A stretch of 63,853 bases of DNA, counting the filler, from Octopus bimaculoides (taxonomy: Eukaryota), in the NCBI RefSeq assembly GCF_001194135.2. It is 8 parts of 8 records of this genome, joined end to end, with 100 filler letters (N's around TTAATTAATTAA, not from the genome) between each part and the next. Parts side by side here need not be neighbours in the genome. Positions count along the whole stretch, not along the records: positions 1 to 14,376 come from NC_068982.1; positions 14,477 to 30,397 come from NC_068981.1; 6 more parts are not named here. One strand, 5' to 3'. Shown here piece by piece: positions 11,621 to 24,151 of the stretch (positions are counted from its first letter, which is position 1; each line of letters starts with the position of its first letter). The translations under genes and the position numbers were made by a program. The notes beneath the pieces were generated by a model. The model did not search any database, was not told the DNA's origin, and was given only the letters and a program-made list of their open reading frames with translations.

Positions 11621-11674
11621 GATAATAATAACAATAATATTATCGTTATCATCATCATCATCATCATCATCATC

Positions 11675-11707
<33 letters not shown>

Positions 11708-11788
11708 TTCATCTTCATCATCATCATCATCATCATCATCTTCATCATCATCATCTTCATCATCATCATCATCTTCATCATCATCATC

Positions 11789-11832
<44 letters not shown>

Positions 11833-12018
11833 TATCATCTTCATCATCATCATCATCATCATTGTTATTATTATTATTATTATTATCTTCCGTTTGGCAT
11901 TGTTTTTGTTTCTGTTTTTGAAGTGGTTGGTGCAGTTGCACCTGTAGTAGTTGTTTTCAGGGCGAAATAGAATATAAGGGAAGAGCCCAAGCCACTGGAC
12001 AACTACTACTACTACTAT

Positions 12019-12061
<43 letters not shown>

Positions 12062-12071
12062 GCTGCTGCTG

Positions 12072-12106
<35 letters not shown>

Positions 12107-12113
12107 GCTGCTG

Positions 12114-12173
<60 letters not shown>

Positions 12174-12788
12174 ACTTGTATAAAGACGTGATTTTTTTGC
12201 AGCAGCAGTTGTGATAGTAGTGGTAACACCACCACTGCCACCCCCACCACCAGAATTACCTCCACCATCACCACCACCACCAACAACAATAACAACAACA
12301 CCAAAATGACCTCCATCGTCATCACCGCCACCACCAACAACAACAACAACACCAAAATGACCTCCAACGTCCTTACTGCTACCACCACCACCACCAGAAT
12401 TACCTCCACCCCCACCACCACCACCAANNNNNNNNNNNNNNNNNNNNNNNNNNNNNNNNNNNNNNNNNNNNNNNNNNNNNNNNNNNNNNNNNNNNNNNNN
12501 NNNNNNNNNNNNNNNNNNNNNNNNNNNNNNNNTAACAACAACACCAAAATGACCTCCATCGTCATCACCGCCACCACCAACAACAACAACAACACCAAAA
12601 TGACCTCCAACGTCCTTACTGCTACCACCACCACCACCAGAATTACCTCCACCCCCACCACCACCACCAACAACAACAACAGCAACACCAAAATGACCTC
12701 CACCGACATCACCGCAACCACCACCACGACTATAATATTACTACTTCTACTAAAGTATACAAACGGGATTTTCTGGTGGTGGTGGTGT

Positions 12789-12833
<45 letters not shown>

Positions 12834-12886
12834 CAGCAGCAGCAGAATTACCACCAGCACCACTACCGCCACTACAAAAAACAACA

Positions 12887-12956
<70 letters not shown>

Positions 12957-13380
12957 GTAAATCACGTTTGTCTACATGTTACGGGTTCTCCCTTGTATTT
13001 CTGGCCAAGTATACTCTAGGTAAACACTGTATTCCAGCCAGATCGTAATATGAGAAGCTTAAGAAGCCATTAATATACGGTTAAGATAGAAGGAAATAAA
13101 GAAAGAAATACAGTGTGTCAGTGTGGCACTCACATGCACATGCACTCATTAATATAAAAGAAGGAGCATTCCGTCGATTACGACGACGAGGGTCCCAACT
13201 TCTTACGATCAACGGAACAGCTTGCTCGTGAGATTAACGTGCAAGTGGCTGAGCACTCCACAGACTGCAGTAGTTGTTGCGAAATAGAAAATAAAGGGCT
13301 CAAGCCACTGGACTACTACTATTACTACTACTGCTGCCGTTGCTGCTACTGCTGCTGCTGCTGCTGCTGCTACCACTAAT
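9940..13380. repeat. 3.4-kb cluster of trinucleotide microsatellites (CAT, TGC/TGT/CGC, ATT, AGT, CTA, ACC)
   Basis: Direct inspection. It generates the poly-I/M/S/D/N/Y/T ORFs in the ORF track. Confidence 0.9.
12240..12725. repeat. Complex minisatellite built on CACCAAAATGACCTCC units
   Basis: Two alternating sub-units (~50 and ~90 bp) recur on both sides of a gap. Confidence 0.8.
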
Positions 13381-13399
13381 ACTAACTTGTGATTTACTA

Positions 13400-13605
13400 C
13401 ATATTTCTCAGGGAGATTCAACGTAACGCAGAGTGTAACAAGGCTGACCCCTACGAAGTACAGGTACTTCTTATTTTTGCCAGTTGAGTTGACTGGAGCA
13501 AGGTGAAATAAAATGTCTTGCTCAAGGACACAACGTGCTGCCAGGAATCGAACTCGGGTCCCTACGATCGCGAGCCGAATACCTTAACCACTAAGCCACG
13601 CGCCT
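13400..13605 (-). mobile_element. tRNA-derived SINE family C
   Basis: Minus strand: GGCGCGTGGCTTAGTGGTTAAGG...GAGTTCGATTCC head, then GTGTCCTTGAGCAAGAC body. Confidence 0.75.
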
Positions 13606-13930
13606 TTACACACATAGACATATATACACATTCACATGCACATAGACATACTCACACACACACACTCACCTACACACGCATCCATATACACATATGAATA
13701 CACATATGCTAGTCCATAACGATGTGAAGTGGCGAACGCTGGAAGGAACAAGCTTTGACAGGAAAAAAGATAGGAGAGGAGACAGAGAGGAATGCGTCTG
13801 ATCTGTGTGACACGTGACTGTGTACACGTAGGACAGTCACCAGAACCCTCATACTTCATCTGTTATCGACCGAAAAATACTAACACCTAGTTTCATGCCT
13901 TTAATGATAACACTACATGTATATGCCTCG

Positions 13931-14376
13931 ATGATCATTGAACATCGTCTCAGATGGTCAGGTTACGTCCGTCGGATGAATGAACACGGCCTTCCCAAGA
14001 TCTGTCTCTATGGTGAACTGTCTGAAGGAAAAGGTCCTCGTGTAGCCCCCTTGAGGCGGTACAAGGACCAACTCAAATCAACTTTGAAAAGCAACAACAT
14101 CGACCCCGCACACTGGGAGGATATCTCGGCAAACAGACCCCTCTCGAGACACCATCAAAACGGGTTCAGCGGACTTCGAGAAAGCCCGAGTCGCAAGAGC
14201 TGAACTCAAGAAACGGGAGAGAAAGCAGCGCTTTCACCTTCCCAAACCAACTCCTTATATCCCTTGTCCACAATTACCCCACATGTTTCATGTAACCCTT
14301 GGATTGCGGAGCCATCTGCGGTTCAAACACCCAGGAAAATGAACTGGATTGCAAGCTCGGAAACACGAGACGCAGC
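13931..14376 (+). mobile_element. RTE-clade LINE 3' fragment
   Basis: HRLRWSGYVRRMNEHGLPKICLYGELSEGK...RYKDQLK, then a frameshifted PCPQ..HM...GLRSHLRFKHPGK* C2H2-like terminus. These are typical of RTE ORF ends. Confidence 0.85.
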
Positions 14377-14476
14377 NNNNNNNNNNNNNNNNNNNNNNNN
14401 NNNNNNNNNNNNNNNNNNNNTTAATTAATTAANNNNNNNNNNNNNNNNNNNNNNNNNNNNNNNNNNNNNNNNNNNN
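14377..14476. other. Assembly linker N44-TTAATTAATTAA-N44 (six-frame stop spacer)
   Basis: The identical 12-mer lies inside N runs at 14421, 30442, 35219, 39784, 44238, 59782 and 62671. Confidence 0.95.
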
Positions 14477-14518
<42 letters not shown>

Positions 14519-15422
14519 TATATATGTATATATATGGATATCTATATATCTATCTATCTATCTTATCTATCTACTGTTTTTTATCGGTAAAATATTCATA
14601 TTGCCTCAAGGGCCGAGAGGTGGTACCTGATTCTATACCTCAAAATTATATATATGCAAGTGGTTGTAAATATGTGTACTTGTATGAGTTATAAAGTAAG
14701 CGCATACATGAAATTACACCCCACACACACACACACACACTCACACATACACACACACACACGCCGACACGCGTGAAATATATTACCAGCGACGAATTCA
14801 TTGATACATTTAAGTTGCTCCATTTTCCTGAATTGAAACCCAAAGTAAATTTTTGATATTTCAGTTTCCTACTATCAAACTACTAATAAATAGTGTGTGA
14901 TGTGATAATTATTTGGCATATCGTAAATTTACAGTCGAATGCAAAAGTTCTACGTAGAATTACATTAAGTCCCACCCGTCAATTCGTGGCGAGTGGTGTG
15001 GATCTTCTCGTATATAGACTCCCCTAAATATCTAGTTTTTATCAAGTGTAGCCCTCCTCCGACAATATTTTTGTGTCATAAAATAAACCTAGATCTATGC
15101 GTTCCCTTGATTAGCCTTTGGATAGGGGTCCTCCTTTTGGCACTTCACTTTTTATAATGTGATGTGTACATTGTTTATTTATGGCGACTTTTCGTTTCAA
15201 TCGACTTGCTATGGAAACTACTTGCGGTCCATCTCTGTAATGCCCTCGGTGCCTTTTTGGTGGTCATAAACTAAACCATGATGATGATGAGTTCAAATCC
15301 CGCTAAGGTCAATTTTTTACTTTTAATTCTGTCAGGATTAATAAAGCTGGGGTGTAGATTTAATCGGTAACCCTTCCTACTTAAATTTCAGGCCTTGCTT
15401 ATATTAGAAACAACAACAACAA

Positions 15423-15473
<51 letters not shown>

Positions 15474-15739
15474 GATAATTATTATTCCATTCACGGCATG
15501 TGTTCGAGTGTTACGCTTAGCTATAGGACGAAATCGAAGACCTGAACGAAATCATAAACGTAGGTAAAAACGAAAATCTGTAAGTTATACATGAAAGTAG
15601 AAATAAGGACAATTTTAAAAATATAGAATTTTCACAGATTCCGCTTAAATAATGTACCAGTCATATACTGGTGTCGATGTAATCGACTATCCTTCCTCCC
15701 ATTGCTGGCCTTGTACCAACATTTGAAACTAAGACAGCG

Positions 15740-15950
15740 AACGGGCAGAATCGTTAGAGTGAAGGACAAAATGCTTAATAGCATTTTTTCTGGATATTTA
15801 AGTTCTGAATTCAATACCACCGAGATCGATTTGCCTTCCATCCTATCGCGATCGATAAAATAAGTACCAGTGGAGCACTGGAGACGAAGAAATCGAGTAA
15901 CCTCCCCACCCTTAAGATTGCTGGCCTTGTGCGAAATATGAAACCATTAT
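15740..15950 (+). mobile_element. SINE family B, diverged
   Basis: GAACGGGCAGAATCGTTAG head, GATCGATTTGCCTTCCATCC core, TTGCTGGCCTTGTG tail. Further fragments at 15290-15470 and 15640-15730. Confidence 0.7.
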
Positions 15951-16067
15951 AGGTGTGGGCTTGTACCCATGGGGGTCAGGCTAATCCTAGTTATGTAGCG
16001 TTCCTTGATTAGCCTTACCTGAATGAAAGACTGCATCATTCATGTGTCCACATGTTTTGTATACATC

Positions 16068-16424
16068 GGCGCAGGAGTGGCTGTGTGGTAAGTAGCTTGC
16101 TTACTACTATAGCCTCGGGCCGACCAAAGCCTTGTGAGTGGATTTGATAGACGGAAACTGAAAGAAGCCTGTCATATATATGTATATGTATATATATATA
16201 TGTGTATATGTGTGTGTGCGTGTGTGTTTGTCCCCCCACCATCGCTTGACAACCGATGCCGGTGTGTTTACGTCCCCGTAACTTAGCGGTTCGGCAAAAA
16301 GAGACCGATAGAATAAGTATTAGGCTTACAAAGAATAAGTCCTGGGGTCGATTTTCTCGACTAGAGGCGGTGCTCCAGCATGGCCGCAGTCAAATGACTG
16401 AAACAAGTAAAAGAGAGTAAAAGA
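16068..16424 (+). mobile_element. SINE family A with internal deletion
   Basis: GCTTGCTTAC joins directly to TACTATAGCC, removing the B-box segment present in other copies. Confidence 0.85.
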
Positions 16425-16594
16425 ATGCATATACATTTTTATTTCATTTTCCTCTAATCTCACTTTCTCTTCCTCATCATTTTTAAATCTTCCCACACAA
16501 ATTATAAACTCGTAATGTCGTCCCCTCATTGAAGCCCCTGTGACAAATACAAGAAATCATCATCATCGTCATTAATATTATCATTATAAAGTAG

Positions 16595-16810
16595 GGCGGC
16601 GAGCTGATTGAATTGTTAGTACACCGGGCAAAAATGCTTAGCGGCATTTCGTTCGTCTTTATGTTCGGAGTTCAGATTTCGCCGAGATCGATTTTCCCTT
16701 TCATCCTTTTGGCGTCGATAAAATAAGTATTAGTTGAGCACTGGGGTTCGATGTAATCGACTTAGCCTCTCCATCAAAATTGCTAGCCTTGTGCCCAAAT
16801 TTGAAACCAA

Positions 16811-16846
<36 letters not shown>

Positions 16847-17250
16847 GAGGCAGCGAATTGACAGAGTCGCTGGAACGTGTAGCAGAGCTTTCCAGTTTTA
16901 TATTCCGACTCTGTAATCTGCGCTCAAATCCAGCCAGTGTTGAATTTGCCTTTCATCTTTAGGGGGTTGATAAAATAAAGTAACAGTCAAGTACTGTAGT
17001 GGATGTTATCGATTCACGCTTTGTGCTTATATTATTAGAAAGAATATTATCAAAATCGCTGCCGTGTCGGACAAAATGCCTAGTGGCATTTCGTCCGTCT
17101 TTACGTTCTATGTTCAAGTACTGTCGAGGTCGACTTTGCCTTTCATCTTTTCAGGGTCGATAAATTAAGTACCAGCCAAGCACTGGTGTCGATGTAATCG
17201 ACTAGCCCCGACCCCACAAAATTTCAGGCCTTGTACCTATAGTAGACAGA
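16595..17250 (+). mobile_element. Three head-to-tail SINE-B copies (16595-16846, 16849-17050, 17050-17250)
   Basis: Repeated core GTCGAYTTTGCCTTTCATC. The second head starts immediately after the (ATT)n tail of the first. Confidence 0.8.
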
Positions 17251-17254
17251 AGTT

Positions 17255-17647
17255 GTGTAGTGGACCAGATTAAAAGAGGCTGAAGACAGATTACTTTCCT
17301 ATGTGGCCTTGAAAAGGAAGGTGAGTTTGGAGAGGGAAGTCCTCTCTCCCAGTAATTTTATCAGAAGGTGGGTGAATGTGGAAAGAACAGTCTGAGTGAA
17401 CGGACCTACTCAAAGCATGAAATAGATTGAAGTAAGACGGTGTGGAGAGGGCACTTGGTTTAATGGTCAGGGCGACCGTGGTTTGGTGGGGTTTCAACGA
17501 CCATCCCTAGGGAAGTCTCCTTCTTTGGGGGCATTTTTCATTGTTAGAATTTATATTATTGTTTTTACTATTTACACGCTATACATTGTATAGTCCTGTG
17601 TCATCTCTAATGTTTCTTTTGTGAACCTTTAGAAGTAAATAAAGGGT
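17255..17647 (+). mobile_element. L1/Tx1-clade LINE 3' fragment
   Basis: LKRKVSLEREVLSPSNFIRRWVNVERTV*VNG. 3'UTR GCGACCGTGGTTTGGTGGGG...AATAAAGG is homologous to the end of the 46196-50710 element. Confidence 0.7.
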
Positions 17648-17661
17648 TATTATTATTATTA

Positions 17662-17811
17662 CGTTCCGAGTTCAGATTCCGCCGAGGTCGACTTTACCTT
17701 TCATCCTTTTGGAGTCGATAAAATAAGTACCAGTTGTACACTGGGGTCGATATAATCCACTTATTCCTTCACCCGAACTTGCTGGCCTTGTGCCAAAATT
17801 TGAAACCACTA

Positions 17812-17850
<39 letters not shown>
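17662..17850 (+). mobile_element. SINE family B, 5'-truncated, with (ATT)n tail
   Basis: ACGTTCCGAGTTCAGATTCCGCCGAGGTCGAC core and CCTTGTGCCAAAATTTGAAACC tail. Confidence 0.8.
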
Positions 17851-17852
<2 letters not shown>

Positions 17853-17856
17853 GTTG

Positions 17857-18063
17857 TTCAGTAGTTTTATTTTTATAACGTGCTTTCACTTCACTACCGA
17901 GTGCAGCTCTGTGCGCCTTGGGTATGTGCAGTGGTTTGCTGTGATGTTCTTATTGTTACTGTATTGAAAGTGTTTTGCGTAGGATGTGTGCAGTGCCCAG
18001 TAGTGCAATTTTCTGTATGCTATATATATTTGTAAGTCCTGGTGTTTTTGCTATGCATTTGTC
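17857..18063 (-). mobile_element. R4/Dong-clade LINE 3' end inserted in (AAT)n
   Basis: IQKIALLGTAHILRKTLSIQ* matches the conserved C-terminus of restriction-like-endonuclease LINEs. A ~100-nt 3'UTR follows, and (AAT)n flanks both ends. Confidence 0.75.
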
Positions 18064-18067
18064 ATTA

Positions 18068-18104
<37 letters not shown>

Positions 18105-18208
18105 CTGAAATGAAATAATTAGCTTGAAAGACATGTGAACAAAGAGAGAACGCGATAGAAAGATGCAAAAAATATGTATATAATCATGAACGAAGATTGA
18201 CAACTTAC

Positions 18209-18297
18209 AACAGATATCATCTTGTTTGGTAGGAAATCTGGTGTATTCACTGGCATTGCTGATCGCATCAGCCGTCTTCACTAGTTCCAGTTGTGCT
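18209..18297 (-). CDS. Weak candidate internal exon, product unknown
   Basis: TAG acceptor and GTAAGT donor, 89 nt, only one open frame (AQLELVKTADAISNASEYTRFPTKQDDIC). The acceptor polypyrimidine tract is poor and no homology is recognised. Confidence 0.18.
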
Positions 18298-20675
18298 CTA
18301 TAATGCATGATTGGTGTTGTGTCACTTAGTTTAAACAATTATGCACATACATAAACATATACACACTCACACACACGCATATATATATATATATATGTGT
18401 ACAAAATATATATACACTTAGGCATACATATATGTATTTGTGTTTATATATTTTTTAAAAGATTAATTGTGAGTGTATAAATATCAATATCCCTTTGAAG
18501 TAGAATTATTTTTTTAAAAATATTCGTGTAAATTCATACGTATAGAGACACACACATATCTACATTAGTATGTGTATTTTAATATATATATTTATAGATG
18601 TATGCATAAGTGTATATATATTTTTGTCTGTATATATAAGAATCGTTAACTTATCAATGTAGACATAAACCGTTATTGATTTTTATGTCTGAATATTTTG
18701 GAATCGAATTCTGGACTGGTCGATCAATTCCTCTGTTAATTTAACTTTTCCTTGATATGAGTTCCGTTATATTTTCCAAAAATGTACAGTTCCAGTCTTT
18801 TCCATTGGTAAATCTTTAAGTGTTGTTCAACTTTGCAGTCTTGGAATATTTTTTTCCTGGTATTAAATTGCTTTTTTTTTTTTATTGTTATCAAAATTTT
18901 TTTTTCAGTTAAAAAAAATACAGCAATACGATTCTGTATTTGAAATCAATGCGCACTTCGCAAGAAGTCGGAATTTCGTTTACAATAAATTTATATATAT
19001 ATATACACACACAGAAAGAAAGAGAGTGGTGCTTTACGGATTTTTCTTTATAACTATATATCTATCTTCTCTATAAATGAGCTTATTTTAATAAAATTAT
19101 GCCTGTACATGTATACTTTTGCTTATAAGTGGGTATGCTTTGTGAAATGTGTATGTTTGCGAATGTGTTTATGCGTCAGCGTATAAAATTATCTCTCAAA
19201 CATGGAGGAAATCTTTTCTCTTCTTTTCTTTTCGTATTTTATCAGTAAATTTTTCCCAAAATGTATTGTAAAAAACTATATATGAAAGTTGAAAGGATGG
19301 GAGTGTTTATGTATGTGTGTATGTGTGTATATATATATATATTATATATACGGTAGCTTTATATAGAATCCGAGCCGATGCTTTCCTTCTCTGCTAAAAT
19401 ATCGTATATGTATACGTTATACATATATATATTATATTTTATATATGTATATATATATATTCGTCGTGATCTCCAATCTCCAGTCAACAGCTGTTTAAGG
19501 GAATGTCCTGCAGTATACGTGTTACGTTATGTTGTTATGTTATGTTATGTTATGCTATGTATGTATGTATGTATGTATACATGTATGTATAAGTCTGGAA
19601 ATGTGATACAAAGTTATTGGTCGAGAGAATTAGGAAAGTAATGAGAATAATCAAATAACTTATATAAATATATACAGATATTAGACATATACAAATAATA
19701 TATATATAGAGCGATATATTTTCAAATATATATAATATATCTGTACATATATAAATATATGTACATATATGTATACGTGTGTGTGTGTGTATATATGTAA
19801 TTATAATGTGATAAACACTGGCAAAGTCCTGCAGCCGCAATAACACAGCTAAGAACTATAACATCCGACGGCTGAATGAAATATCATAAAGATAGCGGAG
19901 CAAACAGCGCTAGGTCGTTGTCTTCTACTCCACCTCATATCCGTCTCCCTCACACTTTGCCTACACTTCCTTCCTCCACTCTACCGGCCCTCTTCCACCG
20001 CCTCCTTTCTCTTTCCTCCCGATCTTTTTTTTCTTCTTCTTCTACTTCCTCCTCCTCCTCCTCCTCCTCCTCCTCCTCCCTCGTTTGCTAAAGTGCGGGA
20101 TGAGAGATCTCGTCGTGGTGGCAGTGATGTGTGTGTGTGTGTGTGCGTGTGGTGTGCGTGTGGTGTGCGTGTGCGTGTGTGTATGTACAAGAAAGAGACA
20201 GAAAGAGAGAGAGGGTGAGCGTGTTCTGGGAGTAGCAGGTATAGTGATTAGTGGTGGTTATTGCGTGTATGCCTTATGTACGTGTTTATTTTTGTATACA
20301 TGTATTACGTGTGAATTTCTGTGTGTGTGTATATATGTGTGAGTACGTGTGTATATGTGTGTGTGTGTACGTATATATATTTATATGTGTGTGTGTGTAT
20401 ATATATGTATATAGTTGAAATTTAGAGAAAAACAACAGACGAAGACAGGTGTACGAACATATGTATATATATACATATATATATATATATACATATATAC
20501 ATATATATATACACACATATGTATATATATATGTATATAATATATGTATATATATGTATATTTATATGTGTATGCATATATGTATATATATGTATATGTA
20601 TGCATGTATGTATATATATAAATATATATATATATGTATATATGGATATATATATGGATATATATGTATATATGG

Positions 20676-20707
<32 letters not shown>

Positions 20708-20973
20708 GTATAGGTATATATATATGTGTATATATATGTGTATATGTGTACATATATATATATGTATATATATGTATATATATGTTTAGGTATATGTATA
20801 TATATGAGTATATGTATTTCGGGAATAAATGATGGATTTTTCCCTTATGAGGTTTTTTCACGCTAGCTACTTGATAAATTCTTGTAAAAGAATTCGTCCT
20901 ATTATAGAATTTAAATATATATGCATATATGTATATGTATTTATATGCATATATGTATATATATATATATGAA

Positions 20974-21016
<43 letters not shown>

Positions 21017-21609
21017 NNNNNNNNNNNNNNNNNNNNNNNNNNNNNNNNNNNNNNNNNNNNNNNNNNNNNNNNNNNNNNNNNNNNNNNNNNNNNNNNNNNN
21101 NNNNNNNNNNNNNNNNNNNNNNNNNNNNNNNNNNNNNNNNNNNNNNNNNNNNNNNNNNNNNNNNNNNNNNNNNNNNNNNNNNNNNNNNNNNNNNNNNNNN
21201 NNNNNNNNNNNNNNNNNNNNNNNNNNNNNNNNNNNNNNNNNNNNNNNNNNNNNNNNNNNNNNNNNNNNNNNNNNNNNNNNNNNNNNNNNNNNNNNNNNNN
21301 NNNNNNNNNNNNNNNNNNNNNNNNNNNNNNNNNNNNNNNNNNNNNNNNNNNNNNNNNNNNNNNNNNNNNNTATATATATATATATGCATGCTTATGTGTG
21401 TTTGTGTATATCTATGTATAAATATATATGCATTTATTTCTCTACTCATTCATTATATGTTTTCATGCATATCTGGACATGTATATACAGTACATAAAAT
21501 GCCCTGTATATGCGAATGTGTATGTTTCAATATGTATATGTGCATTTATGTATGTAATGCCATGAAACATAATGTATGTGCATACGTACATACATACATA
21601 CTTACATAT

Positions 21610-21642
<33 letters not shown>

Positions 21643-22264
21643 CGCACATATATATATATATATATATATAGATATAGATATGAATGCATGTATGTGTAAA
21701 TTCATATATATGAATGCGTGTATATGTATATATTCATATTTACAGATGTGTTTGTATGAATGAATATTTGTAATTGTGTTTGGATGTATGAATGCGTGTA
21801 TGCATAAATGCCTGCATGAATGTGTGTATGCATAGATTTGAGTTTGTATAAGGATCTATACATACGTACGCATGGCTATTTGTATGTATTAACATGTATG
21901 AATGTATTTGCATTTAAGAGCCAGACTGTGACAGACAATCTGTGTTTACAGATTTCTGTAACTTTTCTATCTACAATCTCTTGTTGTTGTTGGTCAATCC
22001 TGATAAAGTGTACTAATGATTTATGTTGTGTATATAAGTGCCTACATTGTGGAAGCCATCCATCTTTAATTATGACAGCTGACTGTAAATAGAGGAAGAT
22101 TCAGCTGCTATTTTTAGCACGACAAGTGACTACTTTATAACCTAGTTGGTTCGTTCGTCTGTTGTATAGTGTAATGTTGCTGTTGGTAGCAGGCGACTTT
22201 GGGTTCCTTTGAACTTATCGTCGTCATTTTCACGTAAACTGGACATTGTGTAACTCTAACAACA

Positions 22265-23270
22265 ATAATAATGGCTTCAATTTAGGCACAAGGCCAGCAA
22301 TTTTGGAAGGAAGTTGTTGATACCATTGACCCCAGTACTTAACTAGTACTTTATTTTATCGACCCCAGAAAGGATAATAAATGAGATTTGAACTTAGAGC
22401 GTATGATGATGAGGATGATGATGATGATGATGATGATGTTGATGATGATGATGATGATGATGATAATAATAATCCTTTCTACTAAAGGCACAAGGCCTGA
22501 AATTTTGGGGGAGAGGACTACGCCCCTGAGAGGATGAAAGGCAAAGTCGACCACGGCGACATTCGAACTCAAAACGTAAAGACGGACGAAATACCGTTTA
22601 TATCGACTTCGATACTCGACTGGTACTTAATTTTATTGGGCTGGCGAGATGATAGGAAAAGTTGACTTCGCCAGGATTTGAACACAGAATGTAAAGAACT
22701 AACAATAAAAATGTTGAATACATAGCTGAAATAATGGTTTCAAAATTCGGCACAAGGCCAGCAAGGTCGCTGGAGAGGTTAAATCAGTTACATCGACGCT
22801 AATACTCAAGTGATACTTATTTTATCGACTCCGAAAGGATGAAAGACAAAGTCGTCCTGGGCGGAATTTGAACTGAGAAAGGAAATGCCGCTAACCATTT
22901 TTGCCCGGTGTGCTAACGACTCTGCGAGGTCACTACCTTAGTAATAATTACAATATCGGTTTCAAATTTTGGCACAAGGCCAGTAATTTCGGGGAAGGGT
23001 TTACTCAAGTGCTCTACTGGTATATATTTTATCGACCCCGAAAGGGATGAAAAGCAAGGTCGACCTCGGAAGAATTTGAACTCACAACGTAGAGACGGAT
23101 AAAATCCCACTGAGACGGACAAAATCCGACAACGGACAGAATCTCACTGAGACGGACAAAATCCCACAACGGACAAAATCTCAATGAGATGGACAAAATC
23201 CCGCTGAGACGGACAAAATCTCATCTTGTTCGATGTGCAAACGATTCTGCCATTTTGCCACCTTTGTGAT
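22265..23270 (-). mobile_element. Cluster of at least four SINE-B copies/fragments, all on the minus strand
   Basis: Repeated GGCACAAGGCC...GATGAAAGGCAAAGTCGACC...ATTTGAACTC blocks at ~22270, 22475, 22735 and 22960. Confidence 0.8.
23092..23224. repeat. 17-20-bp minisatellite expanded inside a SINE-B copy
   Basis: About seven GAGACGGACAAAATCCCACT/AACGGACAAAATCTC variants replace the single AGACGGACGAAATACCGCT segment of other copies. Confidence 0.8.
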
Positions 23271-23405
23271 AATAATGCTATTGAATGCATAGATGAAATA
23301 TTAACATAATGACACAGAACAAAGCATTTCTGTCGCTACAATAAAGACCACTGTTCCTTGGAGATTTTTTTTTCGTTATTGTAAAATGACCTATTTCATC
23401 GGAGG

Positions 23406-23541
23406 CAGTAACCTAGGTAGTGTGTGCCACTCGGAGTAGCCCTTAAGTTTGTTGCCCCCATGAAAAATGTCGTCCATGGCATCTCTTCGCCATCATAAAA
23501 GCGTCGCCCGGTGCGACCCTAGTCTCCCAGCAACGCTACTC
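23406..23541. mobile_element. Short dispersed repeat, possible MITE (related copy at 52200-52320)
   Basis: CAGTAACCTAGGTAGTGTGTGCCACTCGGAGTAGCCCTT is shared with CAGTTGCCTAGTTAGAGTGTGTGCCACTCGAGTAGCCCTT. TIRs are degenerate. Confidence 0.4.
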
Positions 23542-24114
23542 CGCGGAGGTAGCTTGTCTTGCACTTCCTCTATTCAGGTACCTAGCAACTCACTTGTCTC
23601 TCCAGTTCTCTTCTCTTTTGCTATGTCTAACTCTGGACCCAATATTAATAATTTATCTGTCATGGTTTTTAGTCCATTCTTCTTTCTGGAAATTTCTCTC
23701 TAACAGTTTCTTTCGTACAGGTATTGATCTATCCGCAACAGGTGAAATGGAACATTAGCGGCACGTAAACTTCACCTGTCACGATAGGCTTGCAAAGATC
23801 TCACAAGTTCACACACACACTGCTGTTTATTTAAGTCAGATTATATTAACACATAAAAACAATTTAACATTAAACTGAAAGATTTCTCAATACCTTTCTT
23901 TTAACTTGGGTACGCATTTACTAATCTTTATAAAGAAAGGGCTGATAATGACTTCAAAGTTTTGGGTTGCTCGCCTTCGGCAGACTGGATGAAACTTCGA
24001 AGTCACTGTGAACCATTTCCACATATATAGACCATAATGATATGGTGTATAAAATTGTAAAATAAGAGAAAATAAATTTTGAGGATGAACAAGCCTCTAT
24101 GATCTATATCGTTA

Positions 24115-24151
<37 letters not shown>

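Noticed and set aside
13540-13605. tRNA-like cloverleafs at SINE heads (also 1021, 26442, 27315)
   Set aside because: Stems are imperfect, they continue into SINE bodies, and there is no terminator. They are not called as tRNA genes.
23949-24005. 14-bp inverted repeat hairpin TGACTTCAAAGTTT / AAACTTCGAAGTCA
   Set aside because: Short, partly self-palindromic, and without supporting context.
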